A DNA stretch of 64,000 nucleotides from Scenedesmus sp. PABB004 (lineage: Eukaryota), in contig CM026547.1 of the NCBI GenBank assembly GCA_014905635.1, forward strand, positions 4,216,001 through 4,280,000. The letters run 5' to 3'. Shown here in pieces: positions 25,354 to 38,021 of the stretch. Position numbers and translations under genes: made by a program. The number at the start of each line of letters is the position of its first letter. The first letter of the stretch is position 1. Under the pieces are notes generated by a model that did not search any database, was not told the origin of the DNA, and was given only the letters and a program-made list of their open reading frames with translations.

Positions 25354-25778
25354 GGTGACGGTGCGCGGCCGCGTGCGCTCGGTGGGCGCTCGGCGCCCAA
25401 GATGTCTCGGCGTGGCGCGAGCTGGGGCGCGCACGCGTCGGCGGCAGGGCAACGGTGATGCGCTGAGGCTGACGCTGGTGCGATCGGGCGGCGCGGTGGT
25501 GCGCGACGAGGCCCGGTCGCGTGGCAGGCCGGGGCGCAAGCCCCGCAAAACTCGAGCGGCACCACGCGAGCCGCCCGCCCCGCCTCCCCCTGCCTCGCCC
25601 CCGCGCGGCACCGCCGAGCCGCACTCCCGGCGTGCGCCCGCATCGCTCCCGCCGCCCCGCCCGCTCCCTGGGGCCGCAGGCAGACGGTTGCCGGCCGGTC
25701 GAGCCATCACCCCTCCAGCGCTCGCGCGCGGCCGCCCCCGCCCCTGCCGCGCGGCCGGGGGCGCGAGCGCGTGGCGCC

Positions 25779-28103
25779 ATGGCGGCCGTGATGGCGCCCA
25801 GCAGCGCCGCGGGCCTGCTGACGCTGCTGGACGACGACAGCGATGAGCTCAAGCACTACGCGCTGGTGCACCTGAACAAGCTCGTCCACGACTTCTGGTT
25901 CCAGATTTCCAGCTACATCGCCTCCGTGGAGGCCCTGTACGAGGATGACGGCTTCAAGGACCGCGAGCTCGCCGCGCTCATCGCGAGCAAGGCGCGCGAG
26001 CGCCGCGTCCGCTGCTGCTGCCGCCGCGCGCCGCCCGCCGCCGCCGCGCGCGCCCAGCCCCGGATCCGGGCGCCGGCGCAGGTGTTCTACCACCTGGGCG
26101 AGCTGGACAGCGCGCTCACGTACGCGCTGGGCGCGGGCGCGCACTTCAACGTCGACGAGCAGAGCGAGTACGTGCAGACGCTCATCGGTGAGCGCGCGGC
26201 GGCGGCGGCCGCGCAGCGGTGGCGGCGCAGCGGCGGCCGCCGCGCCGCGCCGCGCCACGCACGCACGGCGGTGGCGGCGCCGCGGCGTCGTGCGCGCGCG
26301 CTTGCCGCGCGGCGCAGCAGCAGCGGCGGCGGTTGGCGCGCGCGCCCAAAACGCGCCGCGGCCGCACCCGCGCCGCAGCGCGCTGCCTCGACCAGTACTT
26401 TGAGCTGCGCGTGAAGGAGGTGGAGGGCAAGGAGGAGGTGGACATCGACCCGCGCCTGGTCGCGGTGGTGGAGCGCATGATGGACCGGTGCGGCGCCGCC
26501 GCCGGGGCGGTTGGCGCCGGCGCTTGGCGCGGGGCTGGCGCGCCCCGCTGCGGCGGTCGCGGCAGCGCGCGCGCCGACGCGCGGCCGCGCCTGCCGCCGC
26601 GCCGCGCCCGCAGGTGCTGCGCGCAGGGCCAGTTTGAGCAGGCCGTCGGCCTCGCGCTCGAGGGGCGGCGCCTGGACCGGCTGGAGGCCGTCGTCGCGGC
26701 GTCGCCCGACACGGCGGCGACGCTCACCTACGCGCTGCGCGTGTGCCAGCGCCTCGTCGTCAACCGCGACTTCCGGCAGCAGGCGCGCCGCCGCCGCCGC
26801 GGCCCGCCGCCGCAGCAGCAGCGCCGCGCGGGCTCGCGCCCATCCCGCACGTCCTCGCGTCGCGCGCCCACGCGCCGACGTCCGCGCCGTCGCCGCGCCA
26901 GGTGCTGCGGCTGCTGATCCGGCTGTACGAGGAGAGCGCGGCGCCCGACTACGGCGTCATCTGCCAGTGCCTCATGTTCCTGGACGACGCGCCAGAGGTG
27001 GCCAAGATCCTCGGCCGCCTCATTGACGGCACGCCGGTGCGCGCGCCCGCCGCGCCCGCCGCGCCGCCCCCGCCGCGCCGCCCCCGCCGCGCCGCCCCCG
27101 CGCCCGCGCGCCCGCCGCCGCGCGCGCCCGGTCGGCGCCGCGGCGCCGCCGGCGCGGCGTCGCTGGCGCCGACGCGGCGCCCGCGCGCGCGCGGCCGCCG
27201 CAGGACGACGTGCTGCTGGCGTACCAGATCGCGTTTGACCTGGTGGACAACGAGCTGCAGAGCTTCATCCTCGAGGTGCGGCCAGCGCAGACGCCGGCGC
27301 CGCGGCCGGCCAGGGGCCCTGGCCAGGGGCCACTGGCCGGGCGCGCGGGCACGCGGGCGCGGCGCCGCGCGCGCCTCACGCGCCCATCCGCGCTGCGCAG
27401 GTCCAGGAGCAGCTGCCCAAGCCGCCGGAGCCGCCCGCGCCCGCGGCGGCCGCCGACGGCGCCGCCGCCGCCGCGCCGCCCGCCGCGGCCGCGCCGGGCG
27501 ACGCGATGGACACCGACGCGCCCGCGGCGCCGCCGGCGCCGGCCGCGGCCGAGGCCAACGGCGGCGCGCACGGCGAGGCGGGCGAGGAGATGCCGGCGGA
27601 GCGCGTGGAGCGGCTGACGCGGCTGCGCGACATCCTCAGCGGCAAGACGCCCATCGCGCTGCACCTGGAGTTCCTGTACCACCACAACAAGGCTGACCTG
27701 CAGGCACGACACACACAGGGCCCGCCTGCACCGCAGCAGGCGGCCGCGCCGGCGCCGGCGCCGCGCCCGCGCCCGGCGCCGCGTTGCGCGCCGCCCCCGC
27801 CCCCGCGCCCGGCCGCCCTCACGCGTGCCCCCCCCCCCCACACACACACGCACACGCACACGCGCACGCACACGCACACGCACGCACACGCAGATTCTGA
27901 AGAACATCAAGGCCAGCGTCGACGCGCGCGTCAGCGTCGCGCACAGCGCGACGATCCTCGCCAACGCGCTCATGCACGCGGGGACGTCGATCGACACCTT
28001 CCTGCGGGACAACCTCGAGTGGCTCGCGCGCGCGACTAACTGGGCCAAGTTCAGCGCGACCGCCGGCCTCGGCGTCATCCACCGCGGCCAGCTCGAGCAG
28101 GGT

Positions 28104-28141
<38 letters not shown>

Positions 28142-28265
28142 GCGCTCTCGCGCGCGCGGCCTTGCTCGCACGCGCTGCCTGCAGCGCCCGCCCGCCCGCC
28201 CGCCCGCCCGCTCTCCCTCTCGACCCACGCGCCGCCGCCCCTCCTGCCCCTCCCACTCACACGCG

Positions 28266-28316
<51 letters not shown>

Positions 28317-31300
28317 GCACGCACGCACGCACGCACGCGCACACGCGCGCAGGCAAGGCGCTGATGGCGCCGTACCTCCCCCGCGAGGGGCACAACGGGT
28401 CGCCGTACAGCGAGGGCGGCGCGCTCTACGCCCTGGGGCTCATCACCGCCAACCACGGCGCCGGGCTGCGCCCCTTCCTCGCGCAGAGCCTGCGCGACAC
28501 GGCAAACCCCATCATCCAGCACGGCGCCTGCCTCGGCCTCGGTGCGCGACGCGCGCCCGCGACGCGCGCCACGCCCGCCGCCTCTGCCGCACATCACCCC
28601 TCATCACCCCCCTCATCACACCCCCTCACACCCCCTCACACCCCCTCACAACCCCTCACACCCCCTCTCACCCCTCACACCCCCTCGCACCCCCTCACGC
28701 CCACACACGCACACGCCCACCCACCCACCCACCCCCCAGGCCTGGCGGGTCTGGGCACGTGCTGCGACGAGGTGTTTGAGGACCTGAAGAACGTGCTCTA
28801 CACAGACGACGCCGTCGCGGGCGAGGCGGCGGGGCTCGGCATGGGCCTGCTCTGCTGCGGCGCGGGCGCGGAGCGCGCGGGGGAGATGCTCGCGTACGCC
28901 CACGACACCCAGGTGCGGGCGGTGTGCGGGGGTGTGGGTGGGTGTGGGGTGGGGTGTGGGTGTGTGGGGGGGGGGGGGGGGCAGCACAGCACGGCCTGCT
29001 GCGGCGCCCGGCGGCGGCCCCGCGGCCCCGCGGCGCTCCGCCCGACCTGCCCCGCAACACCCCACAACACCCCACACTCACGCTCACACACTCACACGCA
29101 CACACACACGCCACACACGCGCATCACGCCGCGCCGCAGCACGAGAAGATCATCCGCGGCCTCGCGCTCGGGCTGGCGCTGCTCTCGTACGGCATCGAGG
29201 AGGCGGCCGAGCCGCTCATCGAGCAGATGGGCCGCGAGCAGGACCCGATCCTGCGTTACGGCGCGATGTACGTCACGGGCCTCGCCTACCGCGGCACCGG
29301 CAACAACGCGGCCGTGTCGCGCCTGCTCCACTTCGCCGTCACCGACGTCAGCGACGACGTGCGCCGCGCCGCGGTGCTCTGCCTCGGCTTTGTGCTCATG
29401 GGCGCGCCGGAGCAGTGCCCCCGCATCGTCGGCCTGCTCGCGGAGAGCTTCAACCCCCACGTCCGCTACGGCGCGGCGATGGCGGTCGGGCTCGCCTGCG
29501 CGGGTGCGGCAGCGCGCGCGCGCGGAGCGGCGCGCGGGCGCGGGCGGGGGGGGGGGGGCGGGCGCGGGGCCGCGCCCCCTGGCGCCGCCGCGCCCCACGC
29601 CCGCGCGCCGCCGCGCTGCACCGCGCAGGCACAGGCCTGCGCGAGGCCGTGTCGCTGCTGGAGGGCATGCTGGGCGACTCGACCGACTTTGTGCGCCAGG
29701 GCGCGGCGATCGCGCTCGCGCTGGTGCTGGTGCAGCAGCCCGAGGCGGTCGTGGAGCCTTTCAGGAACAAGGTGCGCACCCGCACCCGCCGCGGCGCTGG
29801 CTGCTGTGGGGGCGGCACGGGCTGTGTGGGTGTGGTCGCGGGCTGTGGGCTGTTTGTGCTGTGTGTGGGAGCGGCGCCCGCGCGCTGCGCCGGCGCGCCG
29901 CGGCGCCCCACACCGCTCACACCCCGCGCCCCCGCGCCGCCGCCGCCGCTCACACCCCGCCGCCACCGCTCACACCCCGCCGCCGCACGCGCGCCCGCGC
30001 CACACCACAGCTGGCCAAGGTGACGTCTGACAAGCACGAGGAAGTCATGGCGCGCATGGGCGCGATCATGGCGGGCGGCATCCTCGACGCGGGCGGCCGC
30101 AACGCGACGCTCGCGCTGCGCAGCGCGAGCGGGTACTTCCGGCGCACGAGCGTGGTGGGGCTGGCCGTCTTCACGGGCTACTGGTACTGGTACCCGCTCA
30201 GGTGTGGTGCGGTGGGTGTGTGTGTGTGTGTGGTGCGGTGTGTGTGTGTGTGTGTGGTGGGCGGGTGGGTGGGTGGGCGGGCGGGTGGGTGGTCGGGCAG
30301 GCGGGTGGGTGGGCGGGCGGGTGGGTGGGGTCCGGGCTGTGGGCGTGGGGACGAGCTGACCGCCCCCTCACCCTCCACACCCCCCCCACACACACACACG
30401 CACACACCCACGCCCCCCCCCTCCACACACCCACACCCACAACGCCCCTCCTCGCAGCTACTTCCTGTCGCTCGCCCTCGCGCCCAGCGCGGTCATCGGC
30501 CTCGACGACACCCTGCGCCCGCCCAAGGCGCAGCTGCTCTGCGCCGCGCGGCCGAGCCTCTTTGCCTACGCCCCGCCCGTCACGCAGGAGGCCAGCAAGG
30601 AGGTGCGCGCGGCCGGCCGCGCGGCCGCCGCGGCGCAGCGCGGCGCAGCGCAGCGCAGCTTAGCGCAGCGCGGCGCGGCGCGGCTGCGGCTGAAGCTGCA
30701 GCTTACCTCCAGCTCGGCAGCTGCAGCTGCGCTGGAGCTAAGCTCTGCTGCTGCAACGCAGCCAGGCAAAGTTTCAGGAGCTGAGCTTACCTCCAGCGCA
30801 GCTGCAGCTGCTGAGCTGCTGGAGCTGCAGCTGCTGCGGGCTGTCGGCGGCGCGGCGCCACACGCCGCGCGCCGCCTCCCCCCCCCCCCCCTCCCACTCA
30901 CCCACCCACCCACCCACCCCTCGTCCCTCCAACCAACCAACGCCCCCCCCCCCCCACACACACACACACACACGCGCGCAGGTGGCCAAGGTCGCCAAGG
31001 CCGTGCTGTCCACGACCGCCAAGGCCCACGAGCGTCAGAAGAAGAAGGACGCGGAGAAGGCCGCCGCCGCGGGGGGCAAGGACGCTGCAAAGGACAAGGG
31101 TGCGGCGGGCCCGGCGCACACCGCGGCGCCGGCGCGGCGCCCGTGCGCGGCCGTGCACTCCCTGGCGCCGCCAGACCCCCGCGCCGGCCCCCTGACGCGC
31201 GCGCGCCCTGCCTGGCGCCGCCGGCCGCCCGCCGCCAGGCGCCATGGAGGTGGACACGCCCGCCGCGCCCGCGCCCGCCGACGCGGCGGCCGCCGGCGCG

Positions 31301-31900
31301 GGCGGCGCCGAGGGCGGCGCCGCCGCGGCCGCCGACGACAAGGGCGGCGAGGCCAAGGCGGGCGACAAGGCGGCGGAGCCGGCGAGCTTCACGCTGACCG
31401 CGCCCTGCCGCGTGGTGCCGCACCAAGTCAAGTACATGTCTTTCCCTGAGGGTGGGCGGCCCCCGCACCGCACAGCGCACCGCGCCGCGCGCCGCGCCCA
31501 CCGCGCGCCGCGCTCGCTGCTGGCAGCCCAGCACGCGCGCGCGTGCGCTGACAAATGCGCGCTGGCAAACACGCAGGCTCGCGCTGGGCGCCCGTGAAGC
31601 GCGGCGCGGCGCTGTCGGGCATCCTCGTGCTGCGCGACCTCACGCCCGGCGAGCCGATCGAGTACGCGACCACCACCGGCGCCGGCGGCGCGCCCGGCGG
31701 CGACGCCGCCGCTGCCGCCGCGGCGCCGGCGGCCACGGCCGCCGCGCCGGCGCAGGAGCAGGAGCCGGCGCCGCCGGCGGCGTTTGGTGGGTGGCGGCGC
31801 CGCGCTGGGCTGCGCTCGGGTGGAGGGCTCGGGGCCGCCGCGCTGCCGCGCTGCTGCCGCCGACGCCCCCCTCCTCCGCCCCGCAGAGTTCGTGCCGTGA
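25779..31900 (+). CDS. RPN2: 26S proteasome regulatory subunit RPN2/PSMD1, about 18 exons
   Basis: [12 protein letters not shown]...[111 protein letters not shown], final [12 protein letters not shown]. Confidence 0.97.
28273..28345. repeat. (CA)n/(CACG)n microsatellite in an RPN2 intron
   Basis: Direct observation; further CA/GT-rich runs at about 27840, 28590-28735 and 30216-30255. Confidence 0.95.
30694..30832. repeat. Intronic inverted repeat (about 55-bp arms, about 30-nt loop) in RPN2 intron 30603-30981
   Basis: AGCTCGGCAGCTGCAGCTGCGCTGGAGCTAAGCTC is nearly the reverse complement of GAGCTTACCTCCAGCGCAGCTGCAGCTGCTGAGCT. AGCTTACCTCCAGC also occurs twice as a direct repeat. Confidence 0.85.
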
Positions 31901-32281
31901 GCGGGGCCGCGACGGAGGGGGCGGTCGAGGGCGGCTCGGAGCGCACGCTGCAGGCGCAGCGCTGCGCGTGGCGGTTGCCGGTTGGCGGCGGGCGCGGCGG
32001 CGCGCGAGCGTGTGCGTAACAGGCCGCCGGCTTGCGAGCCTCGCTGAGCGCGCGCCCGGCAGCCAGCCCGCACACGCGGCGCATTGCTGCGCCACCGCCG
32101 CCGCCAATCCATAGCATCCTCGTCACTGCCGCACAATGCCCATCGCATGCTGCGCGCCCGCGGCAGCGGTCACTGCTGCCGCCGCTCCCGTCGCCTCGCC
32201 CCTCTCCTGCCTGCCTGCCTGCCGCCTGGCTGCTCGGCCCCGCCCCGCCCAGCCCCGCCGGCAGAGCACCGCCGCGGCCGC

Positions 32282-34024
32282 TCACTCGCGGGAGAGCGCG
32301 AGCTGCGCCTTGGCCGCGTGCGCGACCGCGCCGCTCGCGAGCAGGCGCACCTCGTCCTGGTACGTGTCGTACCTGCGCCGCGCGGGGCAGCGGGCGGCGC
32401 GGCACGGCCGTGTCACTCCCTGCCCCACGCGCTCTCCACCCGCAGCTGGCGCCACGCCGCGCGCAGCACGCGCAGCGCGCAGCACGCGCAGCACGCAGCA
32501 CGCGCGGCGGCGCGGCGGCGCGCCTGAAGCGCATGCGCAGGTTGGGCACGTTGGTCTTGTGGATGTCGTTGCCCTCCGGCCCGGGGCGCCAGTACTCGCC
32601 CGACACCCAGTGCTTCTTGCACGCGTGCGGGAAGCCGCTGTGCAGCACGCCGTTGCGCGCGACCTCGCAGAGGTCGGTCGAGGACAGCTTCCACACCTGC
32701 GCCGGCCCCAGGCAGCGCGCGGGCGCGGGCGCGGGCGGGGCGCGGGCCGGGCGTGGGCGCGCTGGGCGGGCGCGGCCGCAGCGGGCGCGGGCCCGCGCGC
32801 GGGCGCGCCGCTGCGCCGGCGCGCGTGCCGGGGCCGCGGCTGTGTTGTCAGGGGGGGGGGCCTGGCCTCCCAGCGCAGCGCGGCGACCCACCTGCGCGGC
32901 GACGCTGTACTCCTCGACCAGGGGCTCCTTGGTGAGGTGGATCTGCAGCGGGTCGTCGGTGGAGAGGCTCACGCTGAGCCCGCGCGCGAAAAAGGCGGGG
33001 AAGGGGTTCTTGTGGTAGTCCAGGAACAGGCTGTTGTTGCTCAGCGGGCTGGTTGGGGAGGGGCGGGCGGGCGGGCGGCGGCGGGGCGCGTGTGAGGCGG
33101 CGCGGCGCGCGCGTGCGGGGGCGAGCGCTGTGCGGCGAGGGCCGGCGCCGCCGCCGACGCTGCGGCGCCGCCCCGTCCCGCTCGATCGACCAACGACTCA
33201 TCCAACAGCAATGCCTCGTCAAACAAACAACCACCAAACGCGTCCATTCTCACCTCATGCAGAGGCCGATCTGGGCCATGTAGAAGAGGTACTGCAGGCA
33301 GGGGCTCTTGCGCAGGTTGATGCCGTGCGCAATGTTCTCGCACAGCAGCAGCGCCGACACGAGGTGGTCGATGTCGCCCGCCTCGCCCGCGTGCGGCCTG
33401 CGCGCGCGCGCGCGCGGCGCGGGTGAAGGTGTGTGTGGGCGCGCGGCGGAGAGCGGGCGGCAGGGAGGGCGGCGCCGCCGGCGGCGCCGCGTGCAGCTGC
33501 GCCTGTGTGTGCACACGGGTCTGCGCCCGGCCGCGTGCCGCGCGCGCCTGAAGGTGAAGGTGTTGAGGCCGCGGCTCTCGCGCAGCTTGTTGAGGGCGTA
33601 GAGGTTGGCGTAGATGTGGTACGCGTAGTAGCTGAACGCGGCGTTGTGCTTGCTGCACCAGTCCTGCGAGGGGGGGGGGTGTGCGTGCGAGCGTGCAGGT
33701 GTGAGAGTGCGGGTGTGTGAGAGGTCGAGTGAGAGTGTGTGTGACAGTGTGAGTGTGTGAGAGCGCGCGGGGTGCGTGTGAGAGAGAGAGAGTCTGTGTG
33801 TGTGTGTGTGGCGCGTGGTGGGCTGTGAGCGCGCACGGGCGGCGCGCGCCTGCGGGAGCGGGCTGTGCTTGGTCGGGCGGCGCTCGGGCTTGGACTCGTC
33901 GTCGACCATGTCAAAGCCCACAACCTGGGAGAGGAAGCAGTGCAGCTGCGGGTGGCTCGACGGGTCGACCGTGACCTCAAAGAGCGGCAGGAAGATGTTC
34001 TCAAGCATCTGCACGCGCGCGCGC

Positions 34025-34078
<54 letters not shown>

Positions 34079-37000
34079 CACAAGGGCGGAGGCGGAGGCG
34101 GGGGCGGAGGCGGAGGCGGGCGCGTCGGCGGCGGCGCGCGGGGCACAGGCGGGCCGGCGCGCGGGCCGCCCGTCTGGGAGGGAGGGAGGGAGGCGCGCGG
34201 GCGCGCGCGCGCTGCTCCGCCGCGGCGCGCCGCGCCTGCGCAAAGTTTTCGATGATGCCCTGGTCGCGGTAGACGTTGTAGAGGCGGGGGATCTGGATGA
34301 GCCAGACGACGTTGTTGCTCGCGAGGTTGTTGGCCACCACCCACGCGGCGAGGATGTCCCACTCCACCTGCCAGCGACGGCGCGAGCGGTGCGAGGGGTG
34401 GCGCGAGTGTGGGTGCGAGTGTGTGTGTGTGTGAGAGAGAGGCGTGCGTGGTGTGTTTGCGCGCGGAGGTGCTCGCGGCGCGCGCGGGCGCGCATGCCGC
34501 CGCCGCCGCGGGGCGGTGTGCGAACCAAGCACGCGCCTGCTTGCGGCCGTAGATGGAGATGCGCATCTCCGCGTGCTGGTACTTGCTCGCCTCGAGGTCG
34601 GTGAACACCTCGCGCGTCAGCTCCGCCAGGAAGCGCCCGCGGATGAGGTTGTCCTGCAAGGCAGCGACGAGCGGCGCGGCAGGGAGGGCCGGGCGGCGGG
34701 CAGGCGCGGGCAGGGGCGGGCGGCCGCTTAACGGAGGGGCTGCGCGGGGCGCGCGGCGCGCGGGCCCGGCGTGCGCTGCGCTGTGCGCGCTGAGCGTGCT
34801 GTGCGTGTTGTGTGCGCGGCGGGTGTGCTGCGCGCCTGCTTTATGAAGATCTCGCGCAGCCGGCTCTGCCCAAAGGGGTTGTACTTCAGGTTGAACTTGT
34901 CAAACCTGGGGCGGAGAGTGGAGTCGGCAGTCAGCAGTGAACTGCTAACTGTTGTGTGAGAGCATCAGCGCGTGAGAGCGCGAGCGCGCGAGCGTGCGCA
35001 CACGCTTGCGCCACGCGCGCGACGCGCCGGCGCGGCCGGCGGCAGGCGGGCGGGGCGCGGTTCGCTGCGGCGCAGCGCGGCCCGCCCACGGCCCTTCCCC
35101 GCCATCCCCTCCTCCCGCGCGTGGCGCGAGCCTGTGGAAGGTGTTTTTGTCGGCGTGCATGTCGAGCGTGTCGACGTTGAGGTCGTACCCCGTCATGCGC
35201 AGGCTCTCAAACACCTCGCGCAGCGTCAGCCACTTGCCGTCCCTGCCCGCAGCGCGCCGGCGGCGGCGCGTCGGACGCGGCAGGGCGCGCGGGCGGCGCG
35301 CGGGGCCGGGCGCCGGGAGCGGCGCGGCGTGACGCGCGCGCCGGCGCGCGAGGGGCGTGCGGGCGCGCGCCTGAAGATGACGAGCTCGTCCGGCTCCTTG
35401 CGCAGCTTGGACTTGATGAAGCGCAGCAGGTGCTTCTGGTGCATGCACGCGCTGTGGTGGATGTGCGTGTCGACCTGCGGCGCGGCGCGCGCGTGCGGCG
35501 CGCCGGCGCCGGCGGCGTGGCGCCCAGCCCGTGCACCCTCCGGCGCCGCCGCCGAGCCGCCGCCGCGACGTGGCCCCCGCCGCGCCGCCGCGCCGGGGCG
35601 CCGCGCGCGGCGTCACCTTGCGGACGTTGTAGAAGTCGCGGTGCGGCGCGCTCTTCTGGGCCAGGAACTCCTTGTCGGCGTTGAGCATGACGTGGAGGTT
35701 GAACTTCTGCTCCAGCAGCATCAGCCTGGGCGGACGGAGTGCGCAGTTTGCAGCCGGGGCGGGGCGGGGCGGCGGCGGGTGGGCGGCGGCCGGGGCCGGT
35801 GCCGCGGTCGGCGACGCGCGGCCCGCAGCGCCGTGCTCTGCCCCGCCGCGCGAGGGGCGCGCCGGGAGAGGAGGGGCCGCGGCCGCAGCTGCGCCTGCGT
35901 GCGCGCCTGTGGTGGCAGAAGCTCTTGACCGGGCCGAGGCTCGCGTAGCGCAGCACGCGGTGCATGTCGGTGAAAAAGTCGGCCATGGTGCCGGGCAGCG
36001 CAAACAGGTCGCCGCCGGGGACCTGCGCGGCGGCGGCGGCGTCGGACGCGGCGGCGTCGGACGCGGCGGGCGGCGGGGCGCGTCGGGCCAGCAGGCGGGC
36101 GGCGGGGCGGCGCGCGCGGCGCGCGCCTGGTTGCCGTCGGCCCACACGCGCACGACGCCGTCGACCATGGCGTACGTGTGCCCGCTCGCGGGCAGCGGGC
36201 GGTAGCTGAACGGCTCGGGGTCGACCTCCAGCGGCACCGCCGCCTCCTGCTCGTGCTGCGCGGCGGCGCGGCAGCGCGGCACGGCGGCGGCGCGGGGCGG
36301 GGCGGGGTCTGGGCCGCCGCTCCGGATCGCCGCGCGCGCCAGCCGCCCGAGCGGCGCCGCGCGGCGCGCGCACCCGGCGCTGCTCGGGCGTGAAGCGCGG
36401 CTTGAAGAGCCACTTGCGCCGCATCTCCAGGCACTCCACCAGCATCGCGCACACCTGGGCGCGCGCGCGCATGGGGGCGGCCGCGCGCCCGGCGTTTGCG
36501 GCGGCGGCGCCGCGCGCCCGGCGGCGGCGGGGTCGCCTCGAGCAGCCAGCGCGCCCCGCACCTCCTCGCTCTCCTCTGTCAGCAGGTTCTCCGGCGTTAT
36601 AACGCGGCAGTAGTCGTCATACATCGTGGCCGCCTGCTCGATCGCCTGCGAGCAGCGCCCCGCCGCCGGCGCGGCGCCCCGTCGTCGGCGCGGCGGCGGG
36701 CGCGGCCGCCTGCGACGCGCCGCCGCGCCGAGCGCGGGCGCGGGGCGCGCGCGCCGCACCTTGCCGGTGTCTGCCAGCTTGTCGGCGGAGCTGGGCATCA
36801 CGACCACGTGCTGCGGCAGCGGCGACGCCGCGAGCTGGCCCATGCCCACGCCGCCGCTCAGGCCCGCCATGTTGGCCGCCAGGCTCAGTGCGTGGCCCGC
36901 GCTCGTCGCGCGCAGCAGCTCCGCGCCCGCCGAGCTGCTCGCCTGCGCGGCGGCGGCCGCCGACCCCGGCGGCGGCTGGCGCGGCGACGGCTGCTGCTGG

Positions 37001-38021
37001 CCGGGCTGCCCGGGCGGCCCGCCGCGCTCGCCCGAGGGCGCGGGCAGCTGCGAGGGGCTGACCGGCGGCAGCAGCGTCAGCGGCGGCTGCGGGCGGCGCG
37101 CGGGCGGGGGCGGCGCCGGGCAGAAGGGCGCGTCATCGGCGCGCGCCGCGGCGCGCGGCGCCACGCCGCTGGCACACATGGTCGGCCGCCGCCGCCGCCC
37201 CGCCGCCGCCGCCGTCCCGCTCGCGCCGCACCTTGAGCTGCTCTCCCTGCTGCTGCCCCGTAGCCAGCCCCGCGACCTGCGTGTCTGCCCTGCTGAAGCT
37301 CGGCACGCCCCCGCTGACACTGCCGCCGCGGCCGGCGGCCCCCGCGGCGGCGCTGAAGGCCTGCCAGTGCTCCGGCAGCGCGCTGCTGGAGGGGCCGGAG
37401 TAGTAGGCGTCATCGTGGTCCACGTCCTCCTGCGAGCGCGCGGGCGCGGCGCGCGCGACGTGAGCTGCACCGCACCGCCGCGCACCGCCGCGCGCTGATG
37501 CCCCTCTCGCCGCGCCGAGCACGCCGCCGCCCTGCCCCCACCCCCGCCGCGCGCTCACCCGCGCGAGCCACTCCACGCGCGGCGAGCCGTCGGGCGCGCG
37601 GCCGCCGGGCGCCGCCGGCTGCGGCGCGCGGCGCGGCAGGGCGCGGGACTGAGCGCGGCGACGAGCCGGCAGCGGCCGCCACTGCCGCCCGGCCCCTCAC
37701 CTGCTGGCGCATGCCGTCGGGCGCGAGCGACAGCGGCGCGGCGCGGGCGCGCGGCGCTCCCCCGCGCCGGCTGGGGCTTGCGGTCCTGTGCGCGGCGGCG
37801 CCTGGGCGTCAGGCCGGGTGCGAGGCCTGCCTCACGCGCGCACGGCGCGGCGCAGGGCCGCACCTGGGGCGCAGCGCCCCCTGCGCCGCCGCCGATGCTG
37901 CGCCGCGCTGCTCGGCGGCGAGCACCGCCGACGTCGCCGCGTAGGCCGCGCCGGCGGCCGCCGCGGCTCCCAGCACGATGCCGCCCCCGAAGAGCGCCCA
38001 GCGGGCGCCGTCTGACGACAT
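32282..38021 (-). CDS. AMPD: AMP deaminase with plant-type N-terminal transmembrane anchor, about 21 exons
   Basis: [94 protein letters not shown]-terminal hydrophobic [20 protein letters not shown]. Confidence 0.97.
34026..34077. repeat. (GT)n microsatellite, about 26 units, in an AMPD intron
   Basis: Direct observation. Confidence 0.97.

Noticed and set aside
33181..33252. Lower-GC patch in an AMPD intron
   Set aside because: No TIR/TSD, snoRNA boxes or strong stem found.
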